Source: a virus (lineage: Duplodnaviria > Heunggongvirae > Uroviricota > Caudoviricetes). Taken from it: 12,009 nucleotides of DNA. Position 1 is the first letter of the stretch. Every line of letters starts with the position of its first letter. The notes under the pieces were generated by a model. The model did not search any database. It saw only the letters and a list, made by a program, of their open reading frames with translations, and had not been told where the DNA came from. Shown here one piece after another: positions 1 to 6,724 of the stretch. The position numbers and the translations under genes are program-made. The stretch is from the IMG/VR virus record IMGVR_UViG_2537562173_000012. The stretch is one strand, 5' to 3'.

Positions 1-180
1 AACCTGACGAGAGACGTCACCAAGGCAAGCCCAAAGCTTTCGATTCTGGTCTAAGCTGCGGTTGCGTTCCTGAATGGTTACTACGATTGGTTTGGTTGGG
101 TCTGGAAGGATTTGCTGTACTGCGTGAATAGCGTTTTGCTGATGTGCCGGAGATCGAATTTCAAAGGTTAGTTTTTTCAT
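1..180 (-). CDS. ninB: NinB-like recombination protein, N-terminal part (gene runs off the window start)
   Basis: Minus-strand ATG at 178-180 with a GAGGGAAG Shine-Dalgarno just upstream. Translation MKKLTFEIRSPAHQQNAIHAVQQILPDPTKPIVVTIQERNRSLDQNRKLWACLGDVSRQV is open to position 1 and matches my recollection of the lambda NinB N-terminus. Confidence 0.8.
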   Translation of the reverse strand, partial: MKKLTFEIRSPAHQQNAIHAVQQILPDPTKPIVVTIQERNRSLDQNRKLWACLGDVSRQV

Positions 181-385
181 GACTTCCCTCTCTAACAGAT
201 TTCAGGTTATTCCACTCCGTTACCGCACTGCGATAATTCGCGGCCACCACAGCAGCGTGGTTAGCGCAGTAGATTTGGCACCCGTTCTCCATGTCGAATA
301 TTGTCGGTGATTTTCCGCATTTACATTTTTTGGCACGCGGTGCGTCTGAACACATTCCGTTAACGGTGTCCATCAGGATCACCAT
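161..385 (-). CDS. Hypothetical small Cys-rich protein between helicase and ninB (NinA position)
   Basis: 74-aa ORF in the track with five Cys (C-x8-C-x-C ... C-x3-C), suggesting a possible zinc-binding fold. Its end overlaps the ninB start. Start is ambiguous (ATG 385 or ATG 373) and the SD is weak. Confidence 0.45.
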   Translation of the reverse strand: MVILMDTVNGMCSDAPRAKKCKCGKSPTIFDMENGCQIYCANHAAVVAANYRSAVTEWNNLKSVREGSHEKTNL

Positions 386-400
386 CGTTCTTAATCCAAT

Positions 401-428
401 AAAAAAGGGCTACTGTGTAAATAGCCCC
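401..428 (-). terminator. Candidate intrinsic terminator downstream of the helicase gene
   Basis: On the minus-strand transcript GGGCUA / UAGCCC form a 6-bp stem with a roughly 9-nt loop, followed by a U-run (plus-strand AAAAAA at 401-406). Lies between the helicase stop (455) and the next ORF. Confidence 0.4.
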
Positions 429-454
429 TGTTATTAGCTCAGTGACGTAGATGG

Positions 455-1831
455 TCATACGTCCGCCCCTTGTGCATATCGTCTGCCACGCGCAGCAGGC
501 GCATTTGATGCTGTGCAAATCTGTCTGGCTTCATCCTGGTCACATGCAACAAAGTGTCCGTTGCAGAACCGCTGGTAAACCGTACCAAGTGAGCCAAAAC
601 GGTTTTTCGTCACAATGATTTCAGCAAATGGCGCGGCGCTACTGTTCTCGTCATATACCGCTTCCCGATAGAGCATGATGATTGAGTCTGCGTCCTGTTC
701 AATGCTTCCTGAATCACGCAAATCTGCGTTTGTCGGGCGTTTGTTTGGTCGCTTCTCAACATCGCGTGAAAGCTGACTTAGGGAGATAACAGGCGTTTTC
801 AGGTCTTTCGCCATCGCCTTAAGGCTTCCTGAGATGTGGGCAATTGCGAGGTCGTTGCGATCTGCTTTCGGCTTCTCAATCAGGCCAAGATAATCCGCCA
901 TGATGAGTGACAGGTTTGGATTTTCCTGTTTGTGTCGTTCTGCGATTGAGCGTATTTCTTCGACCGATAACCGCGAGGCATCGACTACCCATACATCCAA
1001 ATCTGCAAGCTGACTCATGCCGTTAGCAACACGCGCCCAGCCTTCGTCATCCATCGATGCAGGATTTCGCAGTACGCTAACCGACATCCTCCCGGCGTTG
1101 GCAATGCTTCGCTCTGCAATCTGCAATGCGCTCATTTCCATTGAGAAAATCAATACCCCGCGCCGGACGTCAGAACCAGGAATAACGCGGCTTGCAACGC
1201 CTTCGGCAATCTTCAGCGCCAGCTCGGTTTTCCCCATACCAGGACGAGCAGCGATTATCACCAGGTCTTCTGCGTTCATCCCTCCGGTGATGGCATCAAG
1301 TTCTTCGATTCCGGTCTTCAGGGTATCGGACTCTTCTCCGTTCCTCAGACGCCTGTCAAGCGTGTCAGTGTAGTCAGTAATGATTTCCCCTAACCGTACA
1401 GGTTTAACCTCGTCACGGGGCTTTCTGATGGCTGAAAGACGCTTTACAAGCTCATCCATCGCCTGACTCGATGCGTCGATGGTTCCGCTCTGAATTGGTT
1501 CACGCATTTCATCCATGATTTCCAGCACCAGACGGCGGTGATAGTTATCCGCGACCATTCCGGCATATCCCTTCAGGTTTGCGGCACTCGGGCAGTTTTT
1601 GCTGGTCATCAGGATTGCGGTGAAATGCTCCTCTCCGCACGCCTCGGCAACCATCAGCGCGTCGATTAGGTTTCTGTTTCTCGCCTGCTTGCGAATAACC
1701 TCGAAGGCTTTCCGGTAGAGCGGAATTGAAAACGCTTCCGGCTCCAGCGTTGCAAGAACGTCACTGGCGGTTGGAGTTAATCCACCAATCAGCAGGCCAC
1801 CGATAACGCTCGCTTCGATATCCTGTCTCAT
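455..1831 (-). CDS. DnaB-family replicative DNA helicase (phage P22 gene 12-like)
   Basis: 458-aa ORF with a Walker A-like GMGKT motif and overall DnaB-like C-terminal ATPase layout. Start ATG overlaps the stop of the upstream O-like gene (ATGA). Same length as the P22 gp12 helicase as I remember it. Confidence 0.9.
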   Translation of the reverse strand: MRQDIEASVIGGLLIGGLTPTASDVLATLEPEAFSIPLYRKAFEVIRKQARNRNLIDALMVAEACGEEHFTAILMTSKNCPSAANLKGYAGMVADNYHRRLVLEIMDEMREPIQSGTIDASSQAMDELVKRLSAIRKPRDEVKPVRLGEIITDYTDTLDRRLRNGEESDTLKTGIEELDAITGGMNAEDLVIIAARPGMGKTELALKIAEGVASRVIPGSDVRRGVLIFSMEMSALQIAERSIANAGRMSVSVLRNPASMDDEGWARVANGMSQLADLDVWVVDASRLSVEEIRSIAERHKQENPNLSLIMADYLGLIEKPKADRNDLAIAHISGSLKAMAKDLKTPVISLSQLSRDVEKRPNKRPTNADLRDSGSIEQDADSIIMLYREAVYDENSSAAPFAEIIVTKNRFGSLGTVYQRFCNGHFVACDQDEARQICTASNAPAARGRRYAQGADV

Positions 1832-2658
1832 GCAATCCCCCTGTCTGCAAACTTCCCTTCCCGAACTCCCGTTAACGAGTCTTCTCTCAGCAGGTAATCA
1901 AAATCAGCCGTCCAGCCCGTGTCGTTGTCTCCGAAGTAAAACGGCTTGGCCTGATGCACAAACGCCCTGACATACGCTCTGAAACCGTCCACATTTGGCG
2001 TTTTCAGTTGTGGGATGATTTTCTTCAGGCGGCGTTTGCGCTTCTCGTTGACCGCAACAGCGTGTGGCAGTCTGTCACCGACTTCGGTGTTGTAGGCGTT
2101 CAGGAAGGATTCATAGTCGATTCGTTCTGCCTTGCGACGTTCAGGTTTAACCTGCCCATCGCCGCCCCCGTTAGGGGGTAAGGGGGTATTTGTATTTATT
2201 GTCTTTTGTATATTGTCTTTTGTGTTTGACTGATTCGGTAAATTGCTTTTTACCGATTTGGTGAAGGTTTGTTTTACCGAATTGGTAAATGTTTTACCGA
2301 ATCCGTTAACTTTCGTTTTCCACTCGGAAATGTTTGTATTCATACCAACTTGACGCCCCACCTGAATGAGAACTCCCATTCTGATAAGCTCGTTTTTGGC
2401 GGTAGAGCATTTGGTTGGTGCCATGCCAGTGAGTTCAGCGAACTGTTCGTTTCCGATCCAATCTATTTTTTTGTTGTAACCGTATGTCTTGCGCCACACA
2501 GCCATAACAATCAGTAACTGATGTGCAGTAAGCCCAGAAAGCATGGCGGCTTCTAACAGTGTGTTTGCAGTCCGAGTGTAGCCATCTTCGAGTTCTGCCA
2601 CGCGATGCTCCACGACCTCCAGTTGAGGCCTGTAATCAGCTAACTTAACGACGCCCAT
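1828..2658 (-). CDS. Replication initiator, lambda O / P22 gp18-like
   Basis: 276-aa ORF with AGGAG SD 6 nt before the ATG at 2656-2658. N-terminal region resembles lambda O (DGYTR..N.LLEA motif). The central linker is encoded by the iteron repeats, and a repeat-encoded [15 protein letters not shown] is visible in the protein. Confidence 0.85.
   Translation of the reverse strand: MGVVKLADYRPQLEVVEHRVAELEDGYTRTANTLLEAAMLSGLTAHQLLIVMAVWRKTYGYNKKIDWIGNEQFAELTGMAPTKCSTAKNELIRMGVLIQVGRQVGMNTNISEWKTKVNGFGKTFTNSVKQTFTKSVKSNLPNQSNTKDNIQKTINTNTPLPPNGGGDGQVKPERRKAERIDYESFLNAYNTEVGDRLPHAVAVNEKRKRRLKKIIPQLKTPNVDGFRAYVRAFVHQAKPFYFGDNDTGWTADFDYLLREDSLTGVREGKFADRGIA
2173..2300. repeat. Origin of replication: iterons embedded in the O-like gene
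   Basis: Tandem AGGGGGTA x2 (2173-2188), TATTGTCTTTTGT x2 (about 2197-2223), and three TTTTACCGA copies (2248-2256, 2272-2280, 2292-2300) interleaved with inverted TCGGTAAA / TTGGTAAA copies. This is the classic lambdoid ori arrangement inside the initiator gene. Confidence 0.7.
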
Positions 2659-2806
2659 GTTTCACTCCTGCTTTTGCTAGTCTGTAAACACCAACAAGGC
2701 GCTCTGCGAACGCCCTGTTATTTGCTGCGGCTACCACTAATCCCTCAGGTGAATCAGGGTGTCGAATCTCTTCTTTTTCCTGGTATTTCTTACGACGTTT
2801 TGTCAT
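2645..2806 (-). CDS. Hypothetical small basic protein between cII and the O-like gene
   Basis: 53-aa ORF ([53 protein letters not shown]) not in the ORF track because it is under 60 aa. AGGAG SD 5 nt before the ATG at 2804-2806; its 3' end overlaps the O-like start by 14 nt. Confidence 0.4.
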   Translation of the reverse strand: MTKRRKKYQEKEEIRHPDSPEGLVVAAANNRAFAERLVGVYRLAKAGVKHGRR

Positions 2807-2838
2807 AATGACTCCTGTGGATTGATCCAGTAATTCCC

Positions 2839-3135
2839 TCAGAATTGCATATCAATTTGCTCAGAATCCTCGGTGGCAGCCGGGGATTTTTTCTTTGTGA
2901 TTCCATCCAATGCATACTTAAAAGCCCTGCTAATCGGACTGATGTCTGATGCCATTCCGAAAGCACACAAGACCGAAGCAATAAATCTCCAGTCCGTTCT
3001 GCTTATCTTCGATTCATGACAGCCAATCATCTTTGCCAGACCGCGCTGGGTAAGCGTTGACAGGTTGATGAGTAAATCAGTTTCTGCGCGATCAATTTCT
3101 CGCTGTGTTGGCTTGCTGTAACTTGCTTGTGTCAT
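2839..3135 (-). CDS. cII: CII-like transcriptional activator
   Basis: 98-aa ORF with a helix-turn-helix region and a C-terminus KKSPAATEDSEQIDMQF that parallels lambda CII (RPAATERSEQIQMEF from memory). Sits immediately downstream of cro as in lambda, but the sequence is clearly diverged from lambda CII. Confidence 0.85.
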   Translation of the reverse strand: MTQASYSKPTQREIDRAETDLLINLSTLTQRGLAKMIGCHESKISRTDWRFIASVLCAFGMASDISPISRAFKYALDGITKKKSPAATEDSEQIDMQF

Positions 3136-3145
3136 TTCTTAATAT
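3113..3145 (+). promoter_or_regulatory. PRE-like CII-dependent promoter (TTGC-N6-TTGC) directed toward cI
   Basis: TTGC at 3113-3116 and 3123-3126 separated by 6 nt, inside the first codons of cII. A TAATAT -10-like hexamer follows 17 nt after the inter-repeat hexamer. This is the lambda PRE layout. Confidence 0.5.
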
Positions 3146-3220
3146 TTCCAATAGTGAATAGTTAGTTGAAAGGTATGCGTGGAAACGCATATGGCCTTAG
3201 TTGGTCAGATATATTGGGAC

Positions 3221-3235
3221 TCGCTTTGTCAGCGA
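3221..3235 (-). promoter_or_regulatory. nutR boxB hairpin (GACAA loop)
   Basis: Minus-strand RNA reads UCGCU GACAA AGCGA (5-bp stem, 5-nt loop), between cro and cII. It has the same loop and the same CUACG 5' flank as the hairpin downstream of PL. Confidence 0.6.
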
Positions 3236-3273
3236 CGTAGGACGAATGTCCATTGTGAAAATAGCGGTGTTAC

Positions 3274-3483
<210 letters not shown>

Positions 3484-3498
3484 TTAGTACATGCAACC

Positions 3499-3567
3499 AT
3501 TATCACCGCCAGAGGTAAAATAGTCAACACGCACGGTGTTAGATATTTATCCCTTGCGGTGATAGAT
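3499..3567. promoter_or_regulatory. OR1-OR2-OR3 operators with divergent PR (minus) and PRM (plus)
   Basis: OR1 TATCACCGCCAGAGGTA at 3501-3517, OR2 3525-3541 and OR3 3548-3564 are the lambda 17-bp operator sequences. PR -10 GATAAT and -35 TTGACT read on the minus strand (plus coordinates 3499-3504 and 3522-3527). PRM -35 TAGATA (3540-3545) and -10 TAGATT (3562-3567) give a leaderless cI mRNA starting at the ATG at 3575. Confidence 0.9.
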
Positions 3568-3571
3568 TTAA

Positions 3572-4288
<717 letters not shown>

Positions 4289-4295
4289 CACGTAA

Positions 4296-4733
4296 ATGAT
4301 TAAAGAACGTATTTCTTATATCATTCCGATTGCGATGGATGAAGGCAACCCAGTAACTCCAGTTCTTATCTATGAAATGGATAAAGACTCCCATGAAGTG
4401 GATCTATCATTTGGCGCTTTTTTTATCGGCCTTAAGGCTACAAAAAAATATTCCATAGGCATTGAGGTTTTCAATGCTCAAGAAATACCGATACCAATTG
4501 ACACAAAACTGTACTCCAACCATAAGTTTTTTACGGTAGCAGAAGCCAACGATGGAGAAACCATCGTATCAACTTCTATGAGAATTAACTTCCCAAGGGT
4601 GAAAATTATCAAGCCTGGGATATTCGAAGTTAGAGCATCACTGGTTAATCCTGATAAAGGCGAAGTAATTGATGTAAAAAGTTCGTTTTTTGACGTGAAG
4701 ATAACAGGATCAGTTCGCGATGAGTTTAGATAA
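4296..4733 (+). CDS. Hypothetical protein, first gene of a cassette in the rexA/rexB position
   Basis: 145-aa ORF starting 8 nt after the cI stop on the same strand, with no obvious SD (possible coupling to cI). It does not resemble RexA, no catalytic motif was recognised, and the stretch looks more A+T-rich than its neighbours by eye. Confidence 0.6.
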   Translation: MIKERISYIIPIAMDEGNPVTPVLIYEMDKDSHEVDLSFGAFFIGLKATKKYSIGIEVFNAQEIPIPIDTKLYSNHKFFTVAEANDGETIVSTSMRINFPRVKIIKPGIFEVRASLVNPDKGEVIDVKSSFFDVKITGSVRDEFR

Positions 4734-4839
4734 CAAGGTTGCTCAGCTTCGTCCAAATCAAAACATATCTCGCCCAATTGGACACTATTCCACTGATGAT
4801 GCATACTCACGGCATGGTGGAGGAAACGGCGGAGGTAAC

Positions 4840-5091
4840 ATGCTTGAGGCTAGAGTTGCAAAGCTAGAGTCTGATGTTGAATACATCAAGCGCGATCTCG
4901 CTGAAGTAAAGTCAGATATAAAATCTGTAGATTCTCGTCTGTCAGGTATTGAGACAAGCATTAGCTCAGCAAAAATCACCATCAAGGCATCTGCGGTCGT
5001 TGTCAGTTTCGTGTTCGCATTTTGCGCCTACATTTTTGGAAGTTATGTTTCCAAAATCCTTGATGCCTTAAACGGACTCGTTCTTAAGTAA
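4840..5091 (+). CDS. Hypothetical small membrane protein (coiled-coil plus C-terminal TM helix), second gene of the cassette
   Basis: GGAGG SD at 4831-4835 before the ATG at 4840 gives an 83-aa product. The same frame is open from ATG 4720, giving the 123-aa form in the ORF track. Heptad-like LEARVAKLESDVEYIKRDLAEVKSDIKSV is followed by a hydrophobic stretch AVVVSFVFAFCAYIFGSYV. A terminator follows directly. Confidence 0.55.
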   Translation: MLEARVAKLESDVEYIKRDLAEVKSDIKSVDSRLSGIETSISSAKITIKASAVVVSFVFAFCAYIFGSYVSKILDALNGLVLK

Positions 5092-5098
5092 CACACAA

Positions 5099-5124
5099 CC
5101 CGGCCTCAGCGCCGGGTTTTCTTT
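5099..5124 (+). terminator. Intrinsic terminator ending the cI-cassette transcript
   Basis: CCCGGC (5099-5104) pairs with GCCGGG (5111-5116) around a 6-nt loop, followed by TTTTCTTT. Confidence 0.7.
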
Positions 5125-5281
5125 ACCTCACGATCCCCTTCACCCAATAACACATAACCAATTGTATTTATTTGAAAATTAATAGATACAACTCACTAAA
5201 CATCGCAATTCAGATCTCTCGATCACCTCCCAAGCCACACACCCCTGCAAAAAAATAAATCTATATAAAAAACATACAGAT

Positions 5282-5344
5282 AACCATCTGCGGTGATAAA
5301 TTATCTCTGGCGGTGTTGACATAAATACCACTGGCGGTGATACT
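5282..5344 (+). promoter_or_regulatory. OL3-OL2-OL1 operators and the PL promoter
   Basis: OL3 at 5282-5298, OL2 at 5302-5318 and OL1 at 5326-5342 match the lambda operator consensus. PL -35 TTGACA (5316-5321) and -10 GATACT (5339-5344) are 17 bp apart. Confidence 0.9.
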
Positions 5345-5412
5345 AAACACATCAGCAGGACGCACTACTCACCAGTGCGGTGAATATACAACGATTCAAG
5401 CAAGAATCTACG

Positions 5413-5427
5413 GCGCTGACAAAGCGC
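5413..5427 (+). promoter_or_regulatory. nutL boxB hairpin (GACAA loop, P22 type)
   Basis: GCGCT GACAA AGCGC is a perfect 5-bp stem with a 5-nt loop, about 70 nt downstream of PL. It matches the P22-type boxB I recall and differs from the lambda GAAGA/GAAAA loop. Confidence 0.6.
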
Positions 5428-5592
5428 AATAACCAAAGTGAACTTTGGGGTGTGGTGAAGGATTCATGGACGGGAATATGTCGCACGTAAAGCGGCGAGG
5501 CCTGCGGGACTATTGCCGAATTGAAGTAGGCCGAAACAGGTCGAAATGGGTCTCCCACCTACCACACCACCAAAGTTCATCAGGAGGTCTAT

Positions 5593-5976
5593 ATGACACG
5601 CAGAACTCAGTTCAAAGGCAATTCACGTTCTCGTCGTCGTGAGCGTTTAAAGGCAAAGGCATTAGCTAACGGCGTACTGGCCCGCGAAGAAGCAATAAGT
5701 TCAGAAGTATTACACCGCCCTACTCTAAGCAGAGCGCAGATTCAGGCTAAAGGTACTCACGAAACGCCTGAGCGCATAGAAGACGCTAAGCCAATTAAGT
5801 TCATAGCACAGGACGTGATCTGGCAACAGAAAGAATACAGACGCAATCTGGAGCGAGCGGCCATTGTGTACGCGAATGAGTTTGGACATAAGCAACCAGA
5901 AACTGGTGTATGTCTTCCAAACGTAGCCATTTACGCGGCAGGCTACCGGAAATCAAAACAACTGACGGCGAGGTAA
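5593..5976 (+). CDS. N: N-like transcription antitermination protein (P22 gp24-like arginine-rich motif)
   Basis: 127-aa ORF with AGGAGG SD 5 nt before the ATG. N-terminal arginine-rich motif NSRSRRRERLKAKALA. First gene downstream of PL and nutL. C-terminus VAIYAAGYRKSKQLTAR resembles what I recall of P22 N. Confidence 0.8.
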   Translation: MTRRTQFKGNSRSRRRERLKAKALANGVLAREEAISSEVLHRPTLSRAQIQAKGTHETPERIEDAKPIKFIAQDVIWQQKEYRRNLERAAIVYANEFGHKQPETGVCLPNVAIYAAGYRKSKQLTAR

Positions 5977-5978
5977 TT

Positions 5979-6371
5979 ATGGGTCAGGAAGAAAAATATG
6001 AGCTTAAAAAGCTCATTGGAGAAGACGCCATAGAAGAAATTGCAGCATTAACAACAGCTATAAAGAATATTAGGTATGCGCTAAATACGCTTATCTCCTC
6101 ATGCGACAAAAATAGCAGGGAATTTTTGATACTTGGCGCAGCTCTAGGAATAGTTGATGCGGCAACGCTTCACCTAATTACTCATGACGATATTCTTATT
6201 GAGCCGTATGAAACATTACTGCTTGTCAGGCAAAAAATGGCTGATGCCGCAGCAAATGGAGACCTTCAACTTTACATCGACTTAAGGAAAGTATTAAGGC
6301 GAATGGTCAGAACTGAAGGAGATATCCCCCTGAACGATGCTAAACAAGGCATACAAGCAAAGCTGGAATGA
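5979..6371 (+). CDS. Hypothetical protein (accessory gene downstream of N)
   Basis: 131-aa ORF from the ATG at 5979, 2 nt after the N stop, with a GAGGT SD. The ORF track shows an upstream TTG-initiated extension that I consider unlikely. Confidence 0.6.
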   Translation: MGQEEKYELKKLIGEDAIEEIAALTTAIKNIRYALNTLISSCDKNSREFLILGAALGIVDAATLHLITHDDILIEPYETLLLVRQKMADAAANGDLQLYIDLRKVLRRMVRTEGDIPLNDAKQGIQAKLE

Positions 6372-6430
6372 CCTTATCCTGATGAAGTATCGAAAGCACA
6401 GTCAGCAATTAGCAAAGCTCTTGGGGAAGA

Positions 6431-6592
6431 ATGATGAATAAGAAATACATTGTTGAAGTTATAGATCGAGAAACGAAAGAAGTAATTAAACATTTCGAAT
6501 TTGATAATTATAGAAAAGCTGACCGCGTCGAAGAAGGATTGTTGCGACAAAGTAATCTCGAAAAATTTTATGTTGTCATGCGATGCGAATAA
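6431..6592 (+). CDS. Hypothetical small protein
   Basis: 53-aa ORF (MMNKKYIVEVIDRETKEVIKHFEFDNYRKADRVEEGLLRQSNLEKFYVVMRCE) with a GGGGAAG SD. It is below the track's length cutoff. Confidence 0.45.
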   Translation: MMNKKYIVEVIDRETKEVIKHFEFDNYRKADRVEEGLLRQSNLEKFYVVMRCE

Positions 6593-6724
6593 GCGCCTAT
6601 AGCAGATTTACGAGTCTGCTATGTGAGCAATGTCGCTCGTAACTAAACAGGAGCCGACTTGTTCTGATTATTGGAAATCTTCTTTGCCCTCCAGTGTGAG
6701 GGCGATTTTTTTAACGGAGGAAAT

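Noticed and set aside
1017-1373. 118-aa plus-strand ORF inside the helicase gene, and similar antisense ORFs at 1954-2181 and 2269-2517
   Set aside because: They lie entirely within, and antisense to, confidently called replication genes and have no ribosome-binding sites.
2173-2300. Possible CRISPR array because of short direct repeats
   Set aside because: Only two or three copies of each repeat, with no regular spacer periodicity, located inside the initiator gene. The pattern fits origin iterons.
4296-5091. Searched for rexA/rexB downstream of cI
   Set aside because: The two ORFs present do not resemble RexA (about 279 aa) or RexB (multi-pass membrane protein) in size or sequence as far as I can recall, so they are reported as a replacement cassette instead.
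5445-5642. 65-aa ORF spanning the N leader and the N start
   Set aside because: It lies within the structured PL leader and overlaps the N start in another frame. It has no SD and is more plausibly non-coding RNA structure.
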